A stretch of DNA of 64,000 nt. It comes from Synergistaceae bacterium. Lineage in GTDB: Bacteria > Synergistota > Synergistia > Synergistales > 79-D21. Of this stretch, positions 42,802 through 52,521 are shown one piece after another. The stretch covers positions 85 to 64,084 of the forward strand of contig JAAYVK010000039.1 of NCBI GenBank assembly GCA_012517195.1, given 5' to 3'. Below the pieces are notes generated by a model. The model ran no database searches and had not been told where the DNA came from. It saw only the letters and a program-made list of their open reading frames with translations. The translations under genes and the position numbers were made by a program. Numbering within the stretch: position 1 is the first letter of the stretch; each line of letters opens with the position of its first letter.

Positions 42802-43788
42802 CTACCGGCGGAATTGAAGATCCTGCGACGGCTCATCCGAAAGATGCCCTGCGGCTGCTTCCATGGCGAGCCGAACAGCCGGGGTATGCAGCGGAGCCCC
42901 TGCATCTTCAAGTTTGACAAGACATTCGTTTCCCAGGAAGACGAGGCGGAAAAAAAAAGTCTGTTCAAACCCTTCGTCCGAGGTGATGGTCTTGAGCAGA
43001 GCATGCCCTTCGGATGACCAGTAGACCGCCTTGAAAGACCAGTGGAACTTCCCCGTCGCCCCCGTTTTCCCGACCAATTCCTCCGTTTTCTGCCGTGTCC
43101 GTTTCGGGTCGCTGATGAACAGCTTTGAATGCATGGCCATGATGTCCTCCGGATTCTCGGGTTGAGAGGATGAACCGTCCCCGTAAACTCTTTTCTTCTG
43201 GACCGTCAGACGATAAATGTTTTTCCCCATGGCTTTCCATTTCGAGCCATACTTTGTTGTCAGTTCGAGAGCGGGGTTGACCTCAAGTGAAGAAATTTCC
43301 AGGTGAGGGGCGAGGGAGAGTTTCTCGCTCGCCTCCCGCGCATACCACTCCTCATCGGTCACGAGGTAAAATCTCCCGCCTTCGGCCAACGAAAGAGAAA
43401 GACTCTCGGGGAATTTCCCCTCGGTAACTCTCCTGAAAGCATGGCGGTTTTTCGGCCAGGGACAGGGAAAGTTCATGTATATTGCGTTTAGGCTTGACGG
43501 AGGGACGCATTTTTCAAGGAGATACCGGGCATCGCCAAGCACAACCCGCGCGTTGGAGATCTTGCCCGACGAAAGTCGCCTGGCGGCTTTCAGAACGCAA
43601 ACGGCCGACACCTCCATCCCGATAACCAGCGTTTCCGTTCCGAAACTTTCCGCTAAGTGAACAAGAAAATCTCCATTTCCGAAGCCGATTTCCAGCACTT
43701 TTTTCGGGTAACCCGAGAAACCGGAAGCTGCAGCTTCGAGACAGAACTTTCGGGCCGTCCAGCAGATTTCAGGAAACGATTCGTACAT
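42802..43788 (-). CDS. trmB: tRNA (guanine46-N7)-methyltransferase-like protein with about 115-aa C-terminal extension
   Basis: VLEIGFGNGDFL..GMEVS..IYMNFPCPWPKNRHAFRRV (compare the TrmB FPDPWPKKRHHKRR box), then TKYGSKWKAMGKNIY. Residues after about 215 have no motif I recognise. Confidence 0.7.
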   Translation of the reverse strand: MYESFPEICWTARKFCLEAAASGFSGYPKKVLEIGFGNGDFLVHLAESFGTETLVIGMEVSAVCVLKAARRLSSGKISNARVVLGDARYLLEKCVPPSSLNAIYMNFPCPWPKNRHAFRRVTEGKFPESLSLSLAEGGRFYLVTDEEWYAREASEKLSLAPHLEISSLEVNPALELTTKYGSKWKAMGKNIYRLTVQKKRVYGDGSSSQPENPEDIMAMHSKLFISDPKRTRQKTEELVGKTGATGKFHWSFKAVYWSSEGHALLKTITSDEGFEQTFFFRLVFLGNECLVKLEDAGAPLHTPAVRLAMEAAAGHLSDEPSQDLQFRR

Positions 43789-43849
43789 TCAGAGTCCCTC
43801 CCAGAGACGCCCTTTCATTCTATCCGTTCTCGCATTCATGGCAAATGTC

Positions 43850-43878
43850 TTGACCGCCCGTGCGTTTGGCCCTAAAAT
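43850..43878 (+). promoter_or_regulatory. putative sigma-A promoter of tRNA-Pro
   Basis: TTGACC (43850-43855), 17-nt spacer, TAAAAT (43873-43878), 12 nt before the tRNA 5' end. Confidence 0.5.
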
Positions 43879-43890
43879 ACACGCTGTTCT

Positions 43891-43968
<78 letters not shown>

Positions 43969-43976
43969 GGATTCAA

Positions 43977-44009
43977 GCGGGAAAACTTCGGTTTTCCCGC
44001 TTTTTGTTT
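43977..44009 (+). terminator. rho-independent terminator after tRNA-Pro
   Basis: GCGGGAAAAC-TTCG-GTTTTCCCGC followed by TTTTTGTTT. Confidence 0.7.
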
Positions 44010-44020
44010 GAGGTGGCGTC

Positions 44021-44854
44021 ATGGAGGCAAAATCAGCTTATTTCAGGGCCAACACGGATATCGGGCAAAATTTCCTGGTGGATGCGGGGGTTCTTGACCG
44101 GATCATCGCCGCTGCCGATCCGCAGCCCGGGGAGATCCTGCTCGAGATCGGTGCCGGAAATGGTGTTCTGACCAGGCGCCTTCTTTCCCGGTCTCCGGCG
44201 CGTCTCTATGCGGTCGAAATGGACCGTCGCCTGGCTCCATTCCTTAACCCGCTGGAAAAGGACCCCGCCTTCATCCTTCTCTGGGGGGACGTCCTTGGAA
44301 TGCACCTTGCGGAAGAATTGTCCCCCTGCCCCGGAAGGCTGGTTGCCAACTTGCCCTACCACATCACGACACCTCTTCTGTGGAAGCTTCTTGAGGAACT
44401 CGTTCCGGCAGGTCTCCGGGAAATGACCCTCATGGTCCAGAAAGAAGCAGCGAACAGACTTGCCTGGGGAAGACCCGGGAAAAACAGGTCTCCGTTGGGA
44501 ATCACGCTGCAAAAAATGGGACGTGTCGAATGTCTCTTCGATGTTCCGCCTTCTGCGTTCCGCCCGGCTCCGAAGGTAAATTCGACCGTCGTCTCGATTC
44601 TCATTCAGCAAAATTTTGACTTGGCTCTGGATCCGCTTTGGCGGGAACTTCTACAACGCGCTTTTGACCAGAGAAGGAAGACCCTTCTGAACAACCTGAG
44701 GAACTGGCTCGGGACGCGCGGGATCGATGGAGAAAGCCTGCTGAGGGAGCTTGCCCTTAATGAAAAGGTCCGTGCCGAGGAGTTGTCGCTCGAGGATTGG
44801 GATCGATTGAGAAAAACCCTCTCGGAAGAACCAGGAGAAAAGGGGCGGTCCTAG
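44021..44854 (+). CDS. rsmA: 16S rRNA (adenine1518/1519-N6)-dimethyltransferase
   Basis: GQNFLVDAGVLDRII..ILLEIGAGNGVLT..VANLPYHITTPLL are KsgA signatures. Confidence 0.93.
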   Translation: MEAKSAYFRANTDIGQNFLVDAGVLDRIIAAADPQPGEILLEIGAGNGVLTRRLLSRSPARLYAVEMDRRLAPFLNPLEKDPAFILLWGDVLGMHLAEELSPCPGRLVANLPYHITTPLLWKLLEELVPAGLREMTLMVQKEAANRLAWGRPGKNRSPLGITLQKMGRVECLFDVPPSAFRPAPKVNSTVVSILIQQNFDLALDPLWRELLQRAFDQRRKTLLNNLRNWLGTRGIDGESLLRELALNEKVRAEELSLEDWDRLRKTLSEEPGEKGRS

Positions 44855-44863
44855 GACCGCCCC
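44842..44863. terminator. hairpin shared by convergent rsmA and hup
   Basis: GGGGCGGT-CCTAGG-ACCGCCCC, flanked by AAAA on the left and TTTTCTT on the right. It includes the rsmA stop codon. Confidence 0.6.
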
Positions 44864-44907
44864 TTTTCTTCCTGAAAGGATGAAAGCATGAACTGTGGAG
44901 GATTCCC

Positions 44908-45186
44908 CTACTTTGCGACCTGATCCTTGAGGGCCTTGCCTGCACGGAAAACGGGAACCTTTTTTGCGGGGATCTTGATGACTTTCTTCGGGTTTTGGGG
45001 ATTGCGCCCCTGGCGGGCCGCCCTTTCCCTCACCTCGAAGGTTCCAAAGCCCACCAGCTGGACCTTCTCTCCCTTGGCCAGCGCTCCCTGGATCGCGCCA
45101 ACCAGGGCGTCGACCGCATGAGCCGCCATTTTCTTGCTCATGTTCGTTGTTTTGGCGAGCTCATTGACTAGGTCGGTCTTGGTCAT
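44908..45186 (-). CDS. hup: DNA-binding protein HU
   Basis: [53 protein letters not shown] at 45186 has SD GGAGGAGGTG 8 nt upstream. Confidence 0.95.
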   Translation of the reverse strand: MTKTDLVNELAKTTNMSKKMAAHAVDALVGAIQGALAKGEKVQLVGFGTFEVRERAARQGRNPQNPKKVIKIPAKKVPVFRAGKALKDQVAK

Positions 45187-45253
45187 TCCCAACGCACCTC
45201 CTCCACGGATTGTTGAGGCGAAACTGGACGCCTCACAAAGCTTTTATAAGTTA

Positions 45254-45282
45254 TTATTACCAGCTTGTTCCGCGAAGGTCAA
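45254..45282 (-). promoter_or_regulatory. putative sigma-A promoter of hup
   Basis: On the minus strand, TTGACC (45282-45277), 17-nt spacer, TAATAA (45259-45254). The 5' UTR contains a GAGGCG/CGCCTC hairpin. Confidence 0.5.
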
Positions 45283-45317
45283 GAGGAAGATCGAAAAAAA
45301 CACGATGTAGACAGCTT

Positions 45318-46637
45318 CTATCGGTTTTCGGGATTTTGAGCGCGCCAAAATATTCTTAACGGAGAACCGGAAAAATCTTCCAATTCCCGCAATTTCTTTT
45401 CAACGTGACGGTTGAAGGAGGTGGTGACGATTTTCGGGTCGTTGACGAAGAAGGCAAAAGAGGGCGGGGCCACCGACACCTGCGTGCAATACGAGAGCCG
45501 AAGCACTTTCCCGGATCGGCTGCAGGGCATCCTTTCAAAAGCCAGGAGATCCTTCAGAAGTCTGTTCAGCTTGCCGGTGGAAATTCGCCGACTCCGGTTT
45601 TCCGCGACCCGGAAAAGGATAGGCGGTAATTTTTCGACTCCCCTTCCCGTCAGGGCAGAAACGAAAAGCACCGGTACATGGGAAGCGAAAGAGAAGCCTT
45701 CACGGATGCGGTCCCGTATTTCGTCTCCCAGCCTGGGGCTTTTTGGCAGCAAATCCCACTTGTTCACCAGGAAAACCAGGCCTTTTCCCCGTTCCAGGAC
45801 CTGTCCTGCGACCCGCTGATCCTGTTCCGTCGCGATTTCCTGGGCATCCATGACAAGGACGCAAACATCCGCACGATCGATTGCCTGGTAAGTCCGAACC
45901 GTCGAGTAGTATTCCAGTGCGGAATCCACGTGGGATTTCTTGCGGAGGCCCGCTGTATCCACCAGGCGGACAAGGTGCCCGTCGAGCTGAACGAGGGAAT
46001 CCACGACGTCGCGGGTCGTTCCCGGGAGATCGCTTACCAGGGCCCTGTCCTCTCCGGCCAGGAAATTGAGCAGGCTTGATTTCCCCACGTTCGGCCTTCC
46101 GATCAGGGCGACCCTGAGCGTTTCCATGTCATCATCGATTTCTTTCCCGGCAAGAAGTTCCCGGATGTGCTCAAGGAGGACCTCGATGTTCCTTCTGTGC
46201 TCGGCGCTAATGCCGACCACCCTTTCGAACCCCAGTTCCATCGAAGACCAGAGTTCGTTCTCGTGAACAGGATCATCCATTTTGTTGGCCGCAACTATGA
46301 CCGGCTTCCCGGATTTTCTCAGAAGCATGGCGATGTCCCGGTCGATTCCAATGGGACCTTCCCGCCCGTCCAAAACAAAGAGGATGACATCGCTTTCCTC
46401 GATCGCCACTTTCACCTGACGGGCAATGAGCTCATCGAGAGGATGTCCGCTTTCCGGCAGAAGCCCCCCCGTATCGACGAGGTAAAAGCGGAGATCCCCT
46501 TCTTCGACTTCAGCATAGAGGCGGTCCCGGGTGACCCCGGGCATATTGTCGACGATGGCCCTTCGAGTCCCCGTCAACCGGTTGAATAGGGAACTTTTGC
46601 CGACGTTCGGTCTGCCGACGATGGTGACGATAGCCAT
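45318..46637 (-). CDS. der: ribosome-biogenesis GTPase Der (EngA)
   Basis: Two tandem G domains (GRPNVGKSSLFN, DTGG; GRPNVGKSSLLN, DTAG, NKWD) and a KH-like C-terminus. Confidence 0.95.
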   Translation of the reverse strand: MAIVTIVGRPNVGKSSLFNRLTGTRRAIVDNMPGVTRDRLYAEVEEGDLRFYLVDTGGLLPESGHPLDELIARQVKVAIEESDVILFVLDGREGPIGIDRDIAMLLRKSGKPVIVAANKMDDPVHENELWSSMELGFERVVGISAEHRRNIEVLLEHIRELLAGKEIDDDMETLRVALIGRPNVGKSSLLNFLAGEDRALVSDLPGTTRDVVDSLVQLDGHLVRLVDTAGLRKKSHVDSALEYYSTVRTYQAIDRADVCVLVMDAQEIATEQDQRVAGQVLERGKGLVFLVNKWDLLPKSPRLGDEIRDRIREGFSFASHVPVLFVSALTGRGVEKLPPILFRVAENRSRRISTGKLNRLLKDLLAFERMPCSRSGKVLRLSYCTQVSVAPPSFAFFVNDPKIVTTSFNRHVEKKLRELEDFSGSPLRIFWRAQNPENR

Positions 46638-46652
46638 GGAAACCCACTCCCG

Positions 46653-48473
46653 TTATTCAAAATCGACGCAGAGGCGAGGAATTTTGCAGCTTGTGATGTT
46701 AACTGAGAAAAAGGGCTCCAGGATTTTTCGGAGCTTTCCCAAATCACGGACCTTGACTTGAATCGAGTCTGCACCGCGGATACCCGCGAGCACCTCGATC
46801 CCCTCCTGTTCCATCGCGTCCCTGATCTGTTTCAGGATTTCCCCGCGATGGGAAACTTCAACGAGAAAAGAATAGGGAGGCAGGTCCAGCTCGTTCCTTT
46901 CTCTCAGCTCCTGGTTCCAGAAAAATTGGAAACCGGCTTCAAGGGCGATCTGCCATCCCTGCCTCGGCCGTCTGCTTTGCAGGAGGACCTTCCGCTTGTC
47001 CGCGTTTTTGCCGACCCAGCACGATTCCCAGATGACACGGAAACCTTCAGCCCTCGCACCGAAATCGGGTTTCCAGTCTGTGGTGTCTGCGTCCAGCCAG
47101 GCAATCAGGCCGACATCAAGATTTCTGCACAAACCGAGGAGAGAGCGCGTCCCGAGAAGAATTCCAGCCCTTTGTCCCAATTTCCTGTACAAATCCTTTC
47201 TGGCCTTTTTGCCCATCGAGGCGAACTCGGCCAGGAGAAAGACCGGCCCCTCCGACCTGAAATGATCAAGCGCAGCCTGAAAAGTGGACTCCAGTCCCAA
47301 TTGGCGGGCTTCCACCAGGCGGCTTCGGCAAAACGGGCAGACTTCCGGCCATGGGATCTCTTCCCCGCAGGAAAGACATTCTCCGAGCTTTTTCTCGAGA
47401 TGCCATCTTGTCCTGCCGCCGCAGCGGCTGCAGCTGATTGTCCGCCCGCACTCCAGGCAGCGCAGTTCACCTGCATAACCTTTCCGGTCAAGGAGCCAGA
47501 GGGCATTTTCCCCATCATTAAGGCATCTGCGGGTTTCGTCAAGGAGCTTCCTGGAAAGAGGAATCTCCTGATTGGAAAAGAAAGAAGGGGTCCCGCTCCG
47601 GCCCGGGGATGGGGATTTGACAAAAACCACCCGGCCCCTTGGAAGTTCGGGGGCATTGACGCCGGAAGTAAGATAAACCCGGGAAGAGGGAAATGTCCCG
47701 CCCAGGATCAGGGAGGCACCTGAAAAAGAAGCCCGTTTTGCGGCGACGCTTCTTGCGCTGAGCCTCGGAAAAAGGGGCATCTGGTGGCCAGGATCGGCCT
47801 CTTCCTCGACAATAACGAGGGAAAGCGCCCCCAGGGGGGCAAAAACAGAGCCTGAGGTTCCAAGAACGATCTTTCTTTCAAGAAGGCGAACGGCTTTCCA
47901 GGTTTCCCATAACCTGTCCCCACCCCCGACCGGCCAGACGCAGGCATTCTCCCTCAGGCCCGCCGGCAGGGTTTCGTAGAAGGATTGGAGGCGCTCCCGG
48001 TCCGGGAAAAGGACCAGTGTGCCATTTTCATTTTTCTCGATGGCTTCGGTGTACCTTTGGAAACGATCGGATTCCCGCGGAAAATAACAGAAGGAAGGCG
48101 CTCCTGCCTGCCGGGAAATCGAGGACGGGCGTTCGGCCGGACTGAACTTTTGGCCCTTCAGAAGAGCCGAAGGGCAAGCTGCCTTCAGAACGTGTCCGAC
48201 TCCGAAGGGAAGGGCCGCCCCCAGCCACTGGACCGTTCTCCAGAGATCCTCGGTCAGGCAGGGAGTTGGGTCGATCACGGAATAAAGGTTGCGAAGAGGC
48301 TTATCGGTTCGAGTTGCATTCAAAAAGGCCGACGATTTCCAGGTAAACCCGGTACGAAGCCCTTTGCCCAGCGGAACGAGTACGCGCAGCCCTTCCGGGA
48401 GGGGGTTTTCAAAGGAATAGGTCAGAGGCGTCCACCAAGGCGATGGAAGAACGACGTCAATTTCGTGGAGCAC
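46653..48473 (-). CDS. priA: primosomal protein N' (PriA) homolog with degenerate helicase motifs
   Basis: PriA N-terminal DNA-binding region, zinc Cys-rich region (CLECGRTISCSRCGG..CLSCGEEIPWPEVCPFCRS), and coaBC-priA synteny. Walker A, DEEH, SAT and motif VI positions are substituted. Start is uncertain: GTG at 48473 is chosen just after the coaBC stop, and the track extension to 48701 overlaps coaBC. Confidence 0.8.
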   Translation of the reverse strand: MLHEIDVVLPSPWWTPLTYSFENPLPEGLRVLVPLGKGLRTGFTWKSSAFLNATRTDKPLRNLYSVIDPTPCLTEDLWRTVQWLGAALPFGVGHVLKAACPSALLKGQKFSPAERPSSISRQAGAPSFCYFPRESDRFQRYTEAIEKNENGTLVLFPDRERLQSFYETLPAGLRENACVWPVGGGDRLWETWKAVRLLERKIVLGTSGSVFAPLGALSLVIVEEEADPGHQMPLFPRLSARSVAAKRASFSGASLILGGTFPSSRVYLTSGVNAPELPRGRVVFVKSPSPGRSGTPSFFSNQEIPLSRKLLDETRRCLNDGENALWLLDRKGYAGELRCLECGRTISCSRCGGRTRWHLEKKLGECLSCGEEIPWPEVCPFCRSRLVEARQLGLESTFQAALDHFRSEGPVFLLAEFASMGKKARKDLYRKLGQRAGILLGTRSLLGLCRNLDVGLIAWLDADTTDWKPDFGARAEGFRVIWESCWVGKNADKRKVLLQSRRPRQGWQIALEAGFQFFWNQELRERNELDLPPYSFLVEVSHRGEILKQIRDAMEQEGIEVLAGIRGADSIQVKVRDLGKLRKILEPFFSVNITSCKIPRLCVDFE

Positions 48474-49689
48474 CAGCCGAACCCGCTTCCAGGATGAAAT
48501 CCCACAATCTCCAGGCGACTTCTTCTTTTGACCCGGAGAATGTCTCTTTTCCGCCTTTTTGGTCGAGGATGTGAATGGTGTTGTGTTCTGAGCCGAACGC
48601 CCCATCCGGGCCTGTGATCCTGTTCGCAACAATGAAATCGAGGTTTTTCGAAACCAGTTTTTCTGCGGCGTTTTTTTCGAGCGCGTGGGATTCCGCGGCA
48701 AACCCGATCAGGACCTGGCCTGGCTTCTTCCTTGCCCCGATCGTGGCGGCAATGTCAGGGTTCTGTTCGAACTGGACGACCAGGCTATTTTTCCCGCCTC
48801 GCTTGATTTTTTCAGCGGAAAATTCCTTCGGGCGATAATCTCCTACCGCAGCGGCCTTCACGATAAAGTCTGCTCTTTCGGCCTGTTCCAGAACCGCCTC
48901 GAGCATGTCCAGGGCACTCTGCACACGCACGAGGGCGACTCCATGGGGAGGCTGGATCGAGACCGGCCCCGAAACCAGCGTGACTTCCGCGCCCCTGTAC
49001 CACGCGTTTTGGGCGATGGCATATCCCATCCTGCCCGAACTCGGGTTCGAAATGAAACGGACGGGATCCAGGAACTCCCAGGTCGGTCCGGCTGTAACCA
49101 GCACTTTCTTCCCCTCGAGATCGCGAACCGGGCAAAGGATTCGCCAGATTTCCTCAAGGATGACCTCAATGGAAGGAAGACGCCCCCGTCCCTCTGTTCC
49201 GCAGGCCAAAAAACCGGTATCCGGCTCAAGGACCCGGTACCCGTTTCTGAGGCAGGCCTCCTTGTGCCTCATCGTCGTCTCATGTTCCCACATGTTCACA
49301 TTCATCGCCGGGCACAGGAGTACCGGGGCACGTGTTGCCAGAAGCGCCGCGCCGAGAAGAGTTTCAGCCTCCCCGTTTGCCGCCCGGCGCATCATGTTCG
49401 CGGTGCAGGGCGCGATGCAGACGATTTCCGCCCATTCCGCCAGGGTGATATGGGGAATTTTCCAGCCGTTTTCAAAATCAAGAAAGTCCTTCTGCAGCCA
49501 TACCCGACGCCCGGAAAGAGTTGACAGCACGAGAGGGCTAACCAGCCTCTCCGCGGATTCGGTAAGGATGATTTCCACTTCGTTCCCGGCGCTCCTAAGG
49601 CGACGGACGAGATCCGGAACCTTGTACGCCGCAATTCCTCCGGTTATGCCCAGAAGAATCCGGCGCCCCTTTTTCCATTCCATGCTCAA
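48457..49689 (-). CDS. coaBC: bifunctional phosphopantothenoylcysteine decarboxylase / phosphopantothenate-cysteine ligase
   Basis: ILLGITGGIAAYK.. flavoprotein domain (PAMN), and a CoaB domain (LVTAGPT..DPVRFISNPSSGRMG). ATGA overlap with rpoZ. Confidence 0.93.
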   Translation of the reverse strand: MSMEWKKGRRILLGITGGIAAYKVPDLVRRLRSAGNEVEIILTESAERLVSPLVLSTLSGRRVWLQKDFLDFENGWKIPHITLAEWAEIVCIAPCTANMMRRAANGEAETLLGAALLATRAPVLLCPAMNVNMWEHETTMRHKEACLRNGYRVLEPDTGFLACGTEGRGRLPSIEVILEEIWRILCPVRDLEGKKVLVTAGPTWEFLDPVRFISNPSSGRMGYAIAQNAWYRGAEVTLVSGPVSIQPPHGVALVRVQSALDMLEAVLEQAERADFIVKAAAVGDYRPKEFSAEKIKRGGKNSLVVQFEQNPDIAATIGARKKPGQVLIGFAAESHALEKNAAEKLVSKNLDFIVANRITGPDGAFGSEHNTIHILDQKGGKETFSGSKEEVAWRLWDFILEAGSAGAPRN

Positions 49690-49925
49690 GACACTTCCGT
49701 CTCCCGGGGTTTTCCGGTTTTTAGGAATACCACCTTGCCGCCGGCGATTTCTTCCAGGGCTAGGGAAATGTACTTCTCCCTGGTGGTGTCTTCAACCAGG
49801 TACCGCCCTTTTTGTTCACTTAGCTGCCTGGCCCGTTCCGCAACCGCGACCGTCAAAAGATACTTGTTCTCGATCCCGCGTTTCCGGATGATTTCCTCGA
49901 TGTCATAAAAGATCATCCTGTCCAC
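49686..49925 (-). CDS. rpoZ: DNA-directed RNA polymerase subunit omega
   Basis: NKYLLTVAVAERARQL motif, 79 aa, in the gmk-rpoZ-coaBC order. Confidence 0.9.
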   Translation of the reverse strand: MDRMIFYDIEEIIRKRGIENKYLLTVAVAERARQLSEQKGRYLVEDTTREKYISLALEEIAGGKVVFLKTGKPRETEVS

Positions 49926-49931
49926 TCCCCT

Positions 49932-50495
49932 CTATCGGTCCATTTCATTCCTGATGATTTTCTCGATTTCCGCGGCCGCACGCTCAACCTGGTCGTTGAC
50001 AACCGAATAATCGTACCGCCCCGAAAAGGACATCTCGGACGACGCGTTCCTGAGCCGCGTTTCAAACGCCTCTTTCGCTTCCGTGCCGCGCGCTGATAGG
50101 CGCTTCTCCAGTTCCTGGAAACTCGGAGGCAGGATGAAGATCATTACAGAATCCGGAACTTTCTCCTTGACCTGGAGCGCCCCCTGGACGTCGATCTCGA
50201 GAACGACAGACTTTCCCTTTTCCAGTTGTCTTTCGACATCCTCCAGGAGTGTTCCGTAAAGGTGACCATGAACATTTGCCCATTCGAGAAAACGGCCTTC
50301 CCGGGCAAAAGCCCGGAAAGTTTCTTCATCAAGAAAACGGTACTGGATTCCCTCCGATTCTCCCTCGCGCGGAGGCCGGGTCGTGCAGGAAACCGAGTAG
50401 ACGAGATCCGGGATTTTCTCGAACAGGCGGGCCCTCACCGTTCCCTTGCCAACACCGCTAGGCCCTGACAGAATAAAAAGCCGGCCCCTTTTCAT
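49932..50495 (-). CDS. gmk: guanylate kinase
   Basis: [34 protein letters not shown] at 50495 overlaps the remA 3' end by 38 nt. Confidence 0.93.
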   Translation of the reverse strand: MKRGRLFILSGPSGVGKGTVRARLFEKIPDLVYSVSCTTRPPREGESEGIQYRFLDEETFRAFAREGRFLEWANVHGHLYGTLLEDVERQLEKGKSVVLEIDVQGALQVKEKVPDSVMIFILPPSFQELEKRLSARGTEAKEAFETRLRNASSEMSFSGRYDYSVVNDQVERAAAEIEKIIRNEMDR

Positions 50496-50754
50496 CCCGC
50501 TCCTCCGTATTGGTCTGAGGTTCAAATCGGGAAGAGATCGTTTCCGGCTGAATTGCCGAAAGGATCACATGCCGGCTGTCCATGACGAGGATTGCCCGGG
50601 TTTTCCTTCCCTGCGTTGCGTCGATCAGAAGTCCGCTTTCTTTCGATTCCTCCTTCAGCCTTTTGATCGGGGCGGAAGAAGGGTTGATAATCGCTACGAT
50701 CCGTTCGGCGACAACCATATTACCAAATCCGATATGGACCAGATGATAGGCCAT
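50458..50754 (-). CDS. remA: RemA/YlzA (DUF370) regulator
   Basis: [63 protein letters not shown] matches RemA. ATG at 50754 has SD GAGGTGA 5 nt upstream. Confidence 0.88.
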   Translation of the reverse strand: MAYHLVHIGFGNMVVAERIVAIINPSSAPIKRLKEESKESGLLIDATQGRKTRAILVMDSRHVILSAIQPETISSRFEPQTNTEERDEKGPAFYSVRA

Positions 50755-50759
50755 TCGAA

Positions 50760-51881
50760 TCACCTCACCAACTTTGAGAGTTTCCCTTCCGATACAACCC
50801 GTTCCATTTCCCTCATCAGCTCAGGCAGACCTTCCCCGGTGAGCGCACAGGTCGGGATCACCGATTCTCCCTGGCGTTCATAGCTTCGAATAAACCTTTC
50901 GGAGGCTTCGCGGCCAACGAGATCGGTCTTGTTCAGGGCGATGATCCGCGGCATCTCCCAGACCCCCAGGTCTTTCAAAATTTCCTCCACGGAAACCAGG
51001 ACCGATTCATCCTCGATCTTTGTGGCGTCGACCACCCAAACCAGGACATCGGCTTCGCGGATTTCCTCGAGGGTAGCGCGGAAAGCGGCAATCAGGTCCG
51101 GGGGCAGGTTCCTGATGAATCCAACGGTGTCAGTGAGCAGGGCTGGCCCGAAATTGGGGAGACGAAAAGCCCGAACCGTCGTATCGAGCGTCGTGAACAG
51201 CTGGTCTTTCGAGAGAACAAGGAAATCGCCGGAAAGGGCTCTAAAAAGGGACGATTTCCCGGCGTTCGTGTATCCAACCAGGGAAAAGAGCGGCAGGCCT
51301 GACCGGTTCCTCCGCTTTCTCTGGTTTTCCCTCCTTCCACGAATTCCCTGCAGCTTCTTTTCGATGCTACGAATCCGTCTTTCAAGTTTTCGGCGGTGCC
51401 TTTCGAATTCCGTCTCTCCAGGTCCCCGGGTTGCGATTCCGGCTCCCGTTCGAGACATTTGCATTCCTAGCCCCTTCAAATGGGGAATTTCATAGCGGCA
51501 AAGGGCAAGTTCCACCTGAAGTTTCGCTTCGCTCGACCGTGCCCTTTTCCGGAATACTTCCATGATGACACGGGGCCGGTCCCAGACGGGGCATCCGGAA
51601 GTTTCGCTCAGGTTTTTCGCCTGGACCGGGGTCAGCGAGGTATCGAAGACCAAGAGGCCCGCCCCTGTTTCCTTTGAAATTTTCCCCAGTTCGCCGGCTT
51701 TCCCCTTGCCGATAAATGTTGCCGGATCCTCTCTATCCCGGTGCTGCACTATTTTTCGCACGGTCTTCTTCCCAAGCGTTTCCAGGAGGACTTCCAGTTC
51801 TTCCAGCAGTTCCAATGCCGAAGAGTCTCTCTTCCCCGTATCGAGGGAAACGAGAAGCACCCGTTCTTCAGATGCGTCCAT
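50760..51881 (-). CDS. hflX: GTPase HflX
   Basis: HflX N-domain (RALIFDL-like [32 protein letters not shown]) and G domain ([21 protein letters not shown]). The ATG at 51881 is chosen by N-terminal alignment logic, and its SD is weak. Confidence 0.9.
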   Translation of the reverse strand: MDASEERVLLVSLDTGKRDSSALELLEELEVLLETLGKKTVRKIVQHRDREDPATFIGKGKAGELGKISKETGAGLLVFDTSLTPVQAKNLSETSGCPVWDRPRVIMEVFRKRARSSEAKLQVELALCRYEIPHLKGLGMQMSRTGAGIATRGPGETEFERHRRKLERRIRSIEKKLQGIRGRRENQRKRRNRSGLPLFSLVGYTNAGKSSLFRALSGDFLVLSKDQLFTTLDTTVRAFRLPNFGPALLTDTVGFIRNLPPDLIAAFRATLEEIREADVLVWVVDATKIEDESVLVSVEEILKDLGVWEMPRIIALNKTDLVGREASERFIRSYERQGESVIPTCALTGEGLPELMREMERVVSEGKLSKLVR

Positions 51882-52521
51882 TCCGGTAAGCTGCCGACTC
51901 GCTCTCGAGCCTTCGATATTCACTGGAAAGCCTCTCAAGAATCCATGTCCTGCCCGCTTTTTCAGAAAGGTCCGATGGTATTTCACCAGGATCGATCGGA
52001 TAACCGTAATTCATTACTATTTTAACAGGTCTTGGGAAAGCCCTCCCCATTGGCAGTGCATCGAAAGTCCCGGACACATGAACAGGGAGGATCGGGCATC
52101 CCGATTTCTGGCTGAGAAGGGCAACCCCTCCTTCCAGCGGCTGAAGATTCCCGTCCTCGGACCGCTTCCCCTCGGGAAAAATCAGAACGTTCTGCCCGCT
52201 TTCGAGAAACCCGAGAAAGGTTTTCAGCACCAGGGCCGCCTTCCTTTCGTCCTCCCTCGAAACCGGCACCGCTCCCAGCGTCCGGAGGGCAAATCCAAAA
52301 AGCGCGGGTCGAAAAAGAGACGCCTTGGCAATATACCGCATCCTTTCCTCGAAAACACTGCCCACTACCGGAGGATCAAGGTTGCTGCAGTGATTGGAAG
52401 CGAGGATGAGCGGTCTCTTGCTTGGAATTCTTTCCCTGTTCAACACGGTCAGCCGGTTGAATATCCTGAAGAAGACCAGGTAGGCATTCTTGACGAGAAA
52501 GTAAAAGAGCTTAGAGAGCAC
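51868..52521 (-). CDS. plsC: 1-acyl-sn-glycerol-3-phosphate acyltransferase
   Basis: NHCSNLDP (NHxxxxD) and FPEGKRS motifs. GTG start at 52521. Confidence 0.85.
   Translation of the reverse strand: MLSKLFYFLVKNAYLVFFRIFNRLTVLNRERIPSKRPLILASNHCSNLDPPVVGSVFEERMRYIAKASLFRPALFGFALRTLGAVPVSREDERKAALVLKTFLGFLESGQNVLIFPEGKRSEDGNLQPLEGGVALLSQKSGCPILPVHVSGTFDALPMGRAFPRPVKIVMNYGYPIDPGEIPSDLSEKAGRTWILERLSSEYRRLESESAAYRNGRI

Noticed and set aside
48474-48701. 76-codon N-terminal extension of priA in the ORF track (MPRNPTRSKKTPQKNW..)
   Set aside because: It overlaps the last 245 nt of coaBC in another frame, is basic low-complexity sequence, and the PriA homology starts only at VLHEIDVV. Analogous track extensions were trimmed for tmk (16978-17184), fapR (38313-38441), mlaD, glpX, fabD, fabH, coaD, purR, the P-type ATPase and hypF.
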